Assembly (NCBI GenBank): GCA_000004985.1 | Contig: GG738955.1 | DNA length: 40,673 nucleotides | Source of the DNA: Naegleria gruberi | Lineage: Eukaryota | Direction: 5' to 3' (one strand) | Shown: positions 7,494 to 19,000 of the stretch, piece after piece | How the letters are laid out: every line of letters begins with the position of its first letter | Position numbering within the stretch: position 1 is the stretch's first letter | Program-made: the position numbers and the translations under genes | The notes under the pieces: generated by a model | The model's database searches: none | What the model was told of the DNA's origin: nothing | Seen by the model: only the letters and a program-made list of their open reading frames with translations

Positions 7494-10400
7494 NNNNNNN
7501 NNNNNNNNNNNNNNNNNNNNNNNNNNNNNNNNNNNNNNNNNNNNNNNNNNNNNNNNNNNNNNNNNNNNNNNNNNNNNNNNNNNNNNNNNNNNNNNNNNNN
7601 NNNNNNNNNNNNNNNNNNNNNNNNNNNNNNNNNNNNNNNNNNNNNNNNNNNNNNNNNNNNNNNNNNNNNNNNNNNNNNNNNNNNNNNNNNNNNNNNNNNN
7701 NNNNNNNNNNNNNNNNNNNNNNNNNNNNNNNNNNNNNNNNNNNNNNNNNNNNNNNNNNNNNNNNNNNNNNNNNNNNNNNNNNNNNNNNNNNNNNNNNNNN
7801 NNNNNNNNNNNNNNNNNNNNNNNNNNNNNNNNNNNNNNNNNNNNNNNNNNNNNNNNNNNNNNNNNNNNNNNNNNNNNNNNNNNNNNNNNNNNNNNNNNNN
7901 NNNNNNNNNNNNNNNNNNNNNNNNNNNNNNNNNNNNNNNNNNNNNNNNNNNNNNNNNNNNNNNNNNNNNNNNNNNNNNNNNNNNNNNNNNNNNNNNNNNN
8001 NNNNNNNNNNNNNNNNNNNNNNNNNNNNNNNNNNNNNNNNNNNNNNNNNNNNNNNNNNNNNNNNNNNNNNNNNNNNNNNNNNNNNNNNNNNNNNNNNNNN
8101 NNNNNNNNNNNNNNNNNNNNNNNNNNNNNNNNNNNNNNNNNNNNNNNNNNNNNNNNNNNNNNNNNNNNNNNNNNNNNNNNNNNNNNNNNNNNNNNNNNNN
8201 NNNNNNNNNNNNNNNNNNNNNNNNNNNNNNNNNNNNNNNNNNNNNNNNNNNNNNNNNNNNNNNNNNNNNNNNNNNNNNNNNNNNNNNNNNNNNNNNNNNN
8301 NNNNNNNNNNNNNNNNNNNNNNNNNNNNNNNNNNNNNNNNNNNNNNNNNNNNNNNNNNNNNNNNNNNNNNNNNNNNNNNNNNNNNNNNNNNNNNNNNNNN
8401 NNNNNNNNNNNNNNNNNNNNNNNNNNNNNNNNNNNNNNNNNNNNNNNNNNNNNNNNNNNNNNNNNNNNNNNNNNNNNNNNNNNNNNNNNNNNNNNNNNNN
8501 NNNNNNNNNNNNNNNNNNNNNNNNNNNNNNNNNNNNNNNNNNNNNNNNNNNNNNNNNNNNNNNNNNNNNNNNNNNNNNNNNNNNNNNNNNNNNNNNNNNN
8601 NNNNNNNNNNNNNNNNNNNNNNNNNNNNNNNNNNNNNNNNNNNNNNNNNNNNNNNNNNNNNNNNNNNNNNNNNNNNNNNNNNNNNNNNNNNNNNNNNNNN
8701 NNNNNNNNNNNNNNNNNNNNNNNNNNNNNNNNNNNNNNNNNNNNNNNNNNNNNNNNNNNNNNNNNNNNNNNNNNNNNNNNNNNNNNNNNNNNNNNNNNNN
8801 NNNNNNNNNNNNNNNNNNNNNNNNNNNNNNNNNNNNNNNNNNNNNNNNNNNNNNNNNNNNNNNNNNNNNNNNNNNNNNNNNNNNNNNNNNNNNNNNNNNN
8901 NNNNNNNNNNNNNNNNNNNNNNNNNNNNNNNNNNNNNNNNNNNNNNNNNNNNNNNNNNNNNNNNNNNNNNNNNNNNNNNNNNNNNNNNNNNNNNNNNNNN
9001 NNNNNNNNNNNNNNNNNNNNNNNNNNNNNNNNNNNNNNNNNNNNNNNNNNNNNNNNNNNNNNNNNNNNNNNNNNNNNNNNNNNNNNNNNNNNNNNNNNNN
9101 NNNNNNNNNNNNNNNNNNNNNNNNNNNNNNNNNNNNNNNNNNNNNNNNNNNNNNNNNNNNNNNNNNNNNNNNNNNNNNNNNNNNNNNNNNNNNNNNNNNN
9201 NNNNNNNNNNNNNNNNNNNNNNNNNNNNNNNNNNNNNNNNNNNNNNNNNNNNNNNNNNNNNNNNNNNNNNNNNNNNNNNNNNNNNNNNNNNNNNNNNNNN
9301 NNNNNNNNNNNNNNNNNNNNNNNNNNNNNNNNNNNNNNNNNNNNNNNNNNNNNNNNNNNNNNNNNNNNNNNNNNNNNNNNNNNNNNNNNNNNNNNNNNNN
9401 NNNNNNNNNNNNNNNNNNNNNNNNNNNNNNNNNNNNNNNNNNNNNNNNNNNNNNNNNNNNNNNNNNNNNNNNNNNNNNNNNNNNNNNNNNNNNNNNNNNN
9501 NNNNNNNNNNNNNNNNNNNNNNNNNNNNNNNNNNNNNNNNNNNNNNNNNNNNNNNNNNNNNNNNNNNNNNNNNNNNNNNNNNNNNNNNNNNNNNNNNNNN
9601 NNNNNNNNNNNNNNNNNNNNNNNNNNNNNNNNNNNNNNNNNNNNNNNNNNNNNNNNNNNNNNNNNNNNNNNNNNNNNNNNNNNNNNNNNNNNNNNNNNNN
9701 NNNNNNNNNNNNNNNNNNNNNNNNNNNNNNNNNNNNNNNNNNNNNNNNNNNNNNNNNNNNNNNNNNNNNNNNNNNNNNNNNNNNNNNNNNNNNNNNNNNN
9801 NNNNNNNNNNNNNNNNNNNNNNNNNNNNNNNNNNNNNNNNNNNNNNNNNNNNNNNNNNNNNNNNNNNNNNNNNNNNNNNNNNNNNNNNNNNNNNNNNNNN
9901 NNNNNNNNNNNNNNNNNNNNNNNNNNNNNNNNNNNNNNNNNNNNNNNNNNNNNNNNNNNNNNNNNNNNNNNNNNNNNNNNNNNNNNNNNNNNNNNNNNNN
10001 NNNNNNNNNNNNNNNNNNNNNNNNNNNNNNNNNNNNNNNNNNNNNNNNNNNNNNNNNNNNNNNNNNNNNNNNNNNNNNNNNNNNNNNNNNNNNNNNNNNN
10101 NNNNNNNNNNNNNNNNNNNNNNNNNNNNNNNNNNNNNNNNNNNNNNNNNNNNNNNNNNNNNNNNNNNNNNNNNNNNNNNNNNNNNNNNNNNNNNNNNNNN
10201 NNNNNNNNNNNNNNNNNNNNNNNNNNNNNNNNNNNNNNNNNNNNNNNNNNNNNNNNNNNNNNNNNNNNNNNNNNNNNNNNNNNNNNNNNNNNNNNNNNNN
10301 NNNNNNNNNNNNNNNNNNNNNNNNNNNNNNNNNNNNNNNNNNNNNNNNNNNNNNNNNNNNNNNNNNNNNNNNNNNNNNNNNNNNNNNNNNNNNNNNNNNN

Positions 10401-11908
10401 NNNNNNNNNNNNNNNNNNNNNNNNNNNNNNNNNNNNNNNNNNNNNNNNNNNNNNNNNNNNNNNNNNNNNNNNNNNNNNNNNNNNNNNNNNNNNNNNNNNN
10501 NNNNNNNNNNNNNNNNNNNNNNNNNNNNNNNNNNNNNNNNNNNNNNNNNNNNNNNNNNNNNNNNNNNNNNNNNNNNNNNNNNNNNNNNNNNNNNNNNNNN
10601 NNNNNNNNNNNNNNNNNNNNNNNNNNNNNNNNNNNNNNNNNNNNNNNNNNNNNNNNNNNNNNNNNNNNNNNNNNNNNNNNNNNNNNNNNNNNNNNNNNNN
10701 NNNNNNNNNNNNNNNNNNNNNNNNNNNNNNNNNNNNNNNNNNNNNNNNNNNNNNNNNNNNNNNNNNNNNNNNNNNNNNNNNNNNNNNNNNNNNNNNNNNN
10801 NNNNNNNNNNNNNNNNNNNNNNNNNNNNNNNNNNNNNNNNNNNNNNNNNNNNNNNNNNNNNNNNNNNNNNNNNNNNNNNNNNNNNNNNNNNNNNNNNNNN
10901 NNNNNNNNNNNNNNNNNNNNNNNNNNNNNNNNNNNNNNNNNNNNNNNNNNNNNNNNNNNNNNNNNNNNNNNNNNNNNNNNNNNNNNNNNNNNNNNNNNNN
11001 NNNNNNNNNNNNNNNNNNNNNNNNNNNNNNNNNNNNNNNNNNNNNNNNNNNNNNNNNNNNNNNNNNNNNNNNNNNNNNNNNNNNNNNNNNNNNNNNNNNN
11101 NNNNNNNNNNNNNNNNNNNNNNNNNNNNNNNNNNNNNNNNNNNNNNNNNNNNNNNNNNNNNNNNNNNNNNNNNNNNNNNNNNNNNNNNNNNNNNNNNNNN
11201 NNNNNNNNNNNNNNNNNNNNNNNNNNNNNNNNNNNNNNNNNNNNNNNNNNNNNNNNNNNNNNNNNNNNNNNNNNNNNNNNNNNNNNNNNNNNNNNNNNNN
11301 NNNNNNNNNNNNNNNNNNNNNNNNNNNNNNNNNNNNNNNNNNNNNNNNNNNNNNNNNNNNNNNNNNNNNNNNNNNNNNNNNNNNNNNNNNNNNNNNNNNN
11401 NNNNNNNNNNNNNNNNNNNNNNNNNNNNNNNNNNNNNNNNNNNNNNNNNNNNNNNNNNNNNNNNNNNNNNNNNNNNNNNNNNNNNNNNNNNNNNNNNNNN
11501 NNNNNNNNNNNNNNNNNNNNNNNNNNNNNNNNNNNNNNNNNNNNNNNNNNNNNNNNNNNNNNNNNNNNNNNNNNNNNNNNNNNNNNNNNNNNNNNNNNNN
11601 NNNNNNNNNNNNNNNNNNNNNNNNNNNNNNNNNNNNNNNNNNNNNNNNNNNNNNNNNNNNNNNNNNNNNNNNNNNNNNNNNNNNNNNNNNNNNNNNNNNN
11701 NNNNNNNNNNNNNNNNNNNNNNNNNNNNNNNNNNNNNNNNNNNNNNNNNNNNNNNNNNNNNNNNNNNNNNNNNNNNNNNNNNNNNNNNNNNNNNNNNNNN
11801 NNNNNNNNNNNNNNNNNNNNNNNNNNNNNNNNNNNNNNNNNNNNNNNNNNNNNNNNNNNNNNNNNNNNNNNNNNNNNNNNNNNNNNNNNNNNNNNNNNNN
11901 NNNNNNNN
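7494..11908. other. Assembly gap (4415 N).
   Basis: n run. Confidence 0.95.
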
Positions 11909-12124
11909 GGATCTCTACTATTCTTCAGCTATTTAAAGAAAATTCAAACTTTCGGATAATCAAGTTGGATAATTGATGAAAAACAAACCNCCATACAAGT
12001 AAAATTTTACACTTGAATATCCTAAAGCTCTTCTAGTAGAGCAACATTTCAATTATGTGTAATAGCAGAAAGTAGTCCTTAAATAAAAGAGTAAGATATC
12101 TGAAATAATTCAGGTTATATTTTA

Positions 12125-12985
12125 TTAATGACAAGTTGGTTTGGCATTCCAGTAGAATAAATCTTTGGAAAATACATTAGCAGAATCATCCTTATCACTA
12201 AAGAATTGGAAATTCAATACATCCCAAGAAGTAATTCCCTTAAAACCTCCCAAATCTTTCATTTCAAATCTTACTGGTTGTCCTGTCTTGGCATCTTCAT
12301 AATAAGTCATGTCAACATAGGTAGGTCCTTGATAATTGAACAAGTAAAATCCAAGACCAATAGCAAGATCAGACTTTCCATCCAAATTATAGACATTACA
12401 AACTCTCTTTTGCATTCCATTAATCAAATTGGATGGTTCAAGAATAGCATTACTTTGAATCAATTTAGCTCCAGAATATTTGGCAACAGTGAATCCTCCT
12501 TCAGCCACAGTACCCTTTCCACTGAATGGGAAAACTCTAGCTCCATAAGCAGTAGAATTAGGATGCAAATGTTCAAAGATACAAAAATCAACACTCACAA
12601 CATTCATATAATATCTCAAAATTTCAAACAAAACTGATGTGGAAGAGAGTTGAGCTGCAGGGCCTCCCAAACCAGCTCCATCCATTCTCATTCTCTGATG
12701 AATTCCATCATAGAATAATGAAATAAATTTTGGATTATTATCAGTATCTGTTTGATTATTTGCTGAACGGAATCCAAATAATTGGAAAACATTGGTCCAA
12801 ACTCCATCTTGAACACTTCCGATTTTTGTACTTCCTTTATAATTTTGATTATTTTGAGTTCGGGAAATCATATTCTTGAAGAGTTTGGTCTTGGCTGTTT
12901 CTTGTCCCATGACCAACATCATGGTCATGATGAGAGTGAAGGCGAACAAAATAACCACCCGTCTGAGCTTTCCGTGTTGATGCAT
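12125..12985 (-). CDS. Secreted or signal-anchored protein of unrecognised family (286 aa).
   Basis: ATG (reverse complement of cat at 12983-12985) preceded by seven A on the coding strand. The N-terminus MHQHGKLRR + VVILFAFTLIMTMMLVMG has the n-region and h-region of a signal peptide. The reading frame is clean, the stop is TAA, and a TTTATT (AATAAA on the coding strand) lies about 8 nt past the stop at about 12113-12118. The antisense ORFs 12206-12637 and 12782-13024 are spurious. Confidence 0.65.
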   Translation of the reverse strand: MHQHGKLRRVVILFAFTLIMTMMLVMGQETAKTKLFKNMISRTQNNQNYKGSTKIGSVQDGVWTNVFQLFGFRSANNQTDTDNNPKFISLFYDGIHQRMRMDGAGLGGPAAQLSSTSVLFEILRYYMNVVSVDFCIFEHLHPNSTAYGARVFPFSGKGTVAEGGFTVAKYSGAKLIQSNAILEPSNLINGMQKRVCNVYNLDGKSDLAIGLGFYLFNYQGPTYVDMTYYEDAKTGQPVRFEMKDLGGFKGITSWDVLNFQFFSDKDDSANVFSKDLFYWNAKPTCH

Positions 12986-13096
12986 TTTTTTTACAGTTTT
13001 TTTCTTTATCGGAGGGATGTTTAAAATTCGGAGTTAATAATTCCCTTCCGTTGACACTATTGTATCATGTAAAAATCAATGACAAATACTAGATTT

Positions 13097-16000
13097 NNNN
13101 NNNNNNNNNNNNNNNNNNNNNNNNNNNNNNNNNNNNNNNNNNNNNNNNNNNNNNNNNNNNNNNNNNNNNNNNNNNNNNNNNNNNNNNNNNNNNNNNNNNN
13201 NNNNNNNNNNNNNNNNNNNNNNNNNNNNNNNNNNNNNNNNNNNNNNNNNNNNNNNNNNNNNNNNNNNNNNNNNNNNNNNNNNNNNNNNNNNNNNNNNNNN
13301 NNNNNNNNNNNNNNNNNNNNNNNNNNNNNNNNNNNNNNNNNNNNNNNNNNNNNNNNNNNNNNNNNNNNNNNNNNNNNNNNNNNNNNNNNNNNNNNNNNNN
13401 NNNNNNNNNNNNNNNNNNNNNNNNNNNNNNNNNNNNNNNNNNNNNNNNNNNNNNNNNNNNNNNNNNNNNNNNNNNNNNNNNNNNNNNNNNNNNNNNNNNN
13501 NNNNNNNNNNNNNNNNNNNNNNNNNNNNNNNNNNNNNNNNNNNNNNNNNNNNNNNNNNNNNNNNNNNNNNNNNNNNNNNNNNNNNNNNNNNNNNNNNNNN
13601 NNNNNNNNNNNNNNNNNNNNNNNNNNNNNNNNNNNNNNNNNNNNNNNNNNNNNNNNNNNNNNNNNNNNNNNNNNNNNNNNNNNNNNNNNNNNNNNNNNNN
13701 NNNNNNNNNNNNNNNNNNNNNNNNNNNNNNNNNNNNNNNNNNNNNNNNNNNNNNNNNNNNNNNNNNNNNNNNNNNNNNNNNNNNNNNNNNNNNNNNNNNN
13801 NNNNNNNNNNNNNNNNNNNNNNNNNNNNNNNNNNNNNNNNNNNNNNNNNNNNNNNNNNNNNNNNNNNNNNNNNNNNNNNNNNNNNNNNNNNNNNNNNNNN
13901 NNNNNNNNNNNNNNNNNNNNNNNNNNNNNNNNNNNNNNNNNNNNNNNNNNNNNNNNNNNNNNNNNNNNNNNNNNNNNNNNNNNNNNNNNNNNNNNNNNNN
14001 NNNNNNNNNNNNNNNNNNNNNNNNNNNNNNNNNNNNNNNNNNNNNNNNNNNNNNNNNNNNNNNNNNNNNNNNNNNNNNNNNNNNNNNNNNNNNNNNNNNN
14101 NNNNNNNNNNNNNNNNNNNNNNNNNNNNNNNNNNNNNNNNNNNNNNNNNNNNNNNNNNNNNNNNNNNNNNNNNNNNNNNNNNNNNNNNNNNNNNNNNNNN
14201 NNNNNNNNNNNNNNNNNNNNNNNNNNNNNNNNNNNNNNNNNNNNNNNNNNNNNNNNNNNNNNNNNNNNNNNNNNNNNNNNNNNNNNNNNNNNNNNNNNNN
14301 NNNNNNNNNNNNNNNNNNNNNNNNNNNNNNNNNNNNNNNNNNNNNNNNNNNNNNNNNNNNNNNNNNNNNNNNNNNNNNNNNNNNNNNNNNNNNNNNNNNN
14401 NNNNNNNNNNNNNNNNNNNNNNNNNNNNNNNNNNNNNNNNNNNNNNNNNNNNNNNNNNNNNNNNNNNNNNNNNNNNNNNNNNNNNNNNNNNNNNNNNNNN
14501 NNNNNNNNNNNNNNNNNNNNNNNNNNNNNNNNNNNNNNNNNNNNNNNNNNNNNNNNNNNNNNNNNNNNNNNNNNNNNNNNNNNNNNNNNNNNNNNNNNNN
14601 NNNNNNNNNNNNNNNNNNNNNNNNNNNNNNNNNNNNNNNNNNNNNNNNNNNNNNNNNNNNNNNNNNNNNNNNNNNNNNNNNNNNNNNNNNNNNNNNNNNN
14701 NNNNNNNNNNNNNNNNNNNNNNNNNNNNNNNNNNNNNNNNNNNNNNNNNNNNNNNNNNNNNNNNNNNNNNNNNNNNNNNNNNNNNNNNNNNNNNNNNNNN
14801 NNNNNNNNNNNNNNNNNNNNNNNNNNNNNNNNNNNNNNNNNNNNNNNNNNNNNNNNNNNNNNNNNNNNNNNNNNNNNNNNNNNNNNNNNNNNNNNNNNNN
14901 NNNNNNNNNNNNNNNNNNNNNNNNNNNNNNNNNNNNNNNNNNNNNNNNNNNNNNNNNNNNNNNNNNNNNNNNNNNNNNNNNNNNNNNNNNNNNNNNNNNN
15001 NNNNNNNNNNNNNNNNNNNNNNNNNNNNNNNNNNNNNNNNNNNNNNNNNNNNNNNNNNNNNNNNNNNNNNNNNNNNNNNNNNNNNNNNNNNNNNNNNNNN
15101 NNNNNNNNNNNNNNNNNNNNNNNNNNNNNNNNNNNNNNNNNNNNNNNNNNNNNNNNNNNNNNNNNNNNNNNNNNNNNNNNNNNNNNNNNNNNNNNNNNNN
15201 NNNNNNNNNNNNNNNNNNNNNNNNNNNNNNNNNNNNNNNNNNNNNNNNNNNNNNNNNNNNNNNNNNNNNNNNNNNNNNNNNNNNNNNNNNNNNNNNNNNN
15301 NNNNNNNNNNNNNNNNNNNNNNNNNNNNNNNNNNNNNNNNNNNNNNNNNNNNNNNNNNNNNNNNNNNNNNNNNNNNNNNNNNNNNNNNNNNNNNNNNNNN
15401 NNNNNNNNNNNNNNNNNNNNNNNNNNNNNNNNNNNNNNNNNNNNNNNNNNNNNNNNNNNNNNNNNNNNNNNNNNNNNNNNNNNNNNNNNNNNNNNNNNNN
15501 NNNNNNNNNNNNNNNNNNNNNNNNNNNNNNNNNNNNNNNNNNNNNNNNNNNNNNNNNNNNNNNNNNNNNNNNNNNNNNNNNNNNNNNNNNNNNNNNNNNN
15601 NNNNNNNNNNNNNNNNNNNNNNNNNNNNNNNNNNNNNNNNNNNNNNNNNNNNNNNNNNNNNNNNNNNNNNNNNNNNNNNNNNNNNNNNNNNNNNNNNNNN
15701 NNNNNNNNNNNNNNNNNNNNNNNNNNNNNNNNNNNNNNNNNNNNNNNNNNNNNNNNNNNNNNNNNNNNNNNNNNNNNNNNNNNNNNNNNNNNNNNNNNNN
15801 NNNNNNNNNNNNNNNNNNNNNNNNNNNNNNNNNNNNNNNNNNNNNNNNNNNNNNNNNNNNNNNNNNNNNNNNNNNNNNNNNNNNNNNNNNNNNNNNNNNN
15901 NNNNNNNNNNNNNNNNNNNNNNNNNNNNNNNNNNNNNNNNNNNNNNNNNNNNNNNNNNNNNNNNNNNNNNNNNNNNNNNNNNNNNNNNNNNNNNNNNNNN

Positions 16001-19000
16001 NNNNNNNNNNNNNNNNNNNNNNNNNNNNNNNNNNNNNNNNNNNNNNNNNNNNNNNNNNNNNNNNNNNNNNNNNNNNNNNNNNNNNNNNNNNNNNNNNNNN
16101 NNNNNNNNNNNNNNNNNNNNNNNNNNNNNNNNNNNNNNNNNNNNNNNNNNNNNNNNNNNNNNNNNNNNNNNNNNNNNNNNNNNNNNNNNNNNNNNNNNNN
16201 NNNNNNNNNNNNNNNNNNNNNNNNNNNNNNNNNNNNNNNNNNNNNNNNNNNNNNNNNNNNNNNNNNNNNNNNNNNNNNNNNNNNNNNNNNNNNNNNNNNN
16301 NNNNNNNNNNNNNNNNNNNNNNNNNNNNNNNNNNNNNNNNNNNNNNNNNNNNNNNNNNNNNNNNNNNNNNNNNNNNNNNNNNNNNNNNNNNNNNNNNNNN
16401 NNNNNNNNNNNNNNNNNNNNNNNNNNNNNNNNNNNNNNNNNNNNNNNNNNNNNNNNNNNNNNNNNNNNNNNNNNNNNNNNNNNNNNNNNNNNNNNNNNNN
16501 NNNNNNNNNNNNNNNNNNNNNNNNNNNNNNNNNNNNNNNNNNNNNNNNNNNNNNNNNNNNNNNNNNNNNNNNNNNNNNNNNNNNNNNNNNNNNNNNNNNN
16601 NNNNNNNNNNNNNNNNNNNNNNNNNNNNNNNNNNNNNNNNNNNNNNNNNNNNNNNNNNNNNNNNNNNNNNNNNNNNNNNNNNNNNNNNNNNNNNNNNNNN
16701 NNNNNNNNNNNNNNNNNNNNNNNNNNNNNNNNNNNNNNNNNNNNNNNNNNNNNNNNNNNNNNNNNNNNNNNNNNNNNNNNNNNNNNNNNNNNNNNNNNNN
16801 NNNNNNNNNNNNNNNNNNNNNNNNNNNNNNNNNNNNNNNNNNNNNNNNNNNNNNNNNNNNNNNNNNNNNNNNNNNNNNNNNNNNNNNNNNNNNNNNNNNN
16901 NNNNNNNNNNNNNNNNNNNNNNNNNNNNNNNNNNNNNNNNNNNNNNNNNNNNNNNNNNNNNNNNNNNNNNNNNNNNNNNNNNNNNNNNNNNNNNNNNNNN
17001 NNNNNNNNNNNNNNNNNNNNNNNNNNNNNNNNNNNNNNNNNNNNNNNNNNNNNNNNNNNNNNNNNNNNNNNNNNNNNNNNNNNNNNNNNNNNNNNNNNNN
17101 NNNNNNNNNNNNNNNNNNNNNNNNNNNNNNNNNNNNNNNNNNNNNNNNNNNNNNNNNNNNNNNNNNNNNNNNNNNNNNNNNNNNNNNNNNNNNNNNNNNN
17201 NNNNNNNNNNNNNNNNNNNNNNNNNNNNNNNNNNNNNNNNNNNNNNNNNNNNNNNNNNNNNNNNNNNNNNNNNNNNNNNNNNNNNNNNNNNNNNNNNNNN
17301 NNNNNNNNNNNNNNNNNNNNNNNNNNNNNNNNNNNNNNNNNNNNNNNNNNNNNNNNNNNNNNNNNNNNNNNNNNNNNNNNNNNNNNNNNNNNNNNNNNNN
17401 NNNNNNNNNNNNNNNNNNNNNNNNNNNNNNNNNNNNNNNNNNNNNNNNNNNNNNNNNNNNNNNNNNNNNNNNNNNNNNNNNNNNNNNNNNNNNNNNNNNN
17501 NNNNNNNNNNNNNNNNNNNNNNNNNNNNNNNNNNNNNNNNNNNNNNNNNNNNNNNNNNNNNNNNNNNNNNNNNNNNNNNNNNNNNNNNNNNNNNNNNNNN
17601 NNNNNNNNNNNNNNNNNNNNNNNNNNNNNNNNNNNNNNNNNNNNNNNNNNNNNNNNNNNNNNNNNNNNNNNNNNNNNNNNNNNNNNNNNNNNNNNNNNNN
17701 NNNNNNNNNNNNNNNNNNNNNNNNNNNNNNNNNNNNNNNNNNNNNNNNNNNNNNNNNNNNNNNNNNNNNNNNNNNNNNNNNNNNNNNNNNNNNNNNNNNN
17801 NNNNNNNNNNNNNNNNNNNNNNNNNNNNNNNNNNNNNNNNNNNNNNNNNNNNNNNNNNNNNNNNNNNNNNNNNNNNNNNNNNNNNNNNNNNNNNNNNNNN
17901 NNNNNNNNNNNNNNNNNNNNNNNNNNNNNNNNNNNNNNNNNNNNNNNNNNNNNNNNNNNNNNNNNNNNNNNNNNNNNNNNNNNNNNNNNNNNNNNNNNNN
18001 NNNNNNNNNNNNNNNNNNNNNNNNNNNNNNNNNNNNNNNNNNNNNNNNNNNNNNNNNNNNNNNNNNNNNNNNNNNNNNNNNNNNNNNNNNNNNNNNNNNN
18101 NNNNNNNNNNNNNNNNNNNNNNNNNNNNNNNNNNNNNNNNNNNNNNNNNNNNNNNNNNNNNNNNNNNNNNNNNNNNNNNNNNNNNNNNNNNNNNNNNNNN
18201 NNNNNNNNNNNNNNNNNNNNNNNNNNNNNNNNNNNNNNNNNNNNNNNNNNNNNNNNNNNNNNNNNNNNNNNNNNNNNNNNNNNNNNNNNNNNNNNNNNNN
18301 NNNNNNNNNNNNNNNNNNNNNNNNNNNNNNNNNNNNNNNNNNNNNNNNNNNNNNNNNNNNNNNNNNNNNNNNNNNNNNNNNNNNNNNNNNNNNNNNNNNN
18401 NNNNNNNNNNNNNNNNNNNNNNNNNNNNNNNNNNNNNNNNNNNNNNNNNNNNNNNNNNNNNNNNNNNNNNNNNNNNNNNNNNNNNNNNNNNNNNNNNNNN
18501 NNNNNNNNNNNNNNNNNNNNNNNNNNNNNNNNNNNNNNNNNNNNNNNNNNNNNNNNNNNNNNNNNNNNNNNNNNNNNNNNNNNNNNNNNNNNNNNNNNNN
18601 NNNNNNNNNNNNNNNNNNNNNNNNNNNNNNNNNNNNNNNNNNNNNNNNNNNNNNNNNNNNNNNNNNNNNNNNNNNNNNNNNNNNNNNNNNNNNNNNNNNN
18701 NNNNNNNNNNNNNNNNNNNNNNNNNNNNNNNNNNNNNNNNNNNNNNNNNNNNNNNNNNNNNNNNNNNNNNNNNNNNNNNNNNNNNNNNNNNNNNNNNNNN
18801 NNNNNNNNNNNNNNNNNNNNNNNNNNNNNNNNNNNNNNNNNNNNNNNNNNNNNNNNNNNNNNNNNNNNNNNNNNNNNNNNNNNNNNNNNNNNNNNNNNNN
18901 NNNNNNNNNNNNNNNNNNNNNNNNNNNNNNNNNNNNNNNNNNNNNNNNNNNNNNNNNNNNNNNNNNNNNNNNNNNNNNNNNNNNNNNNNNNNNNNNNNNN

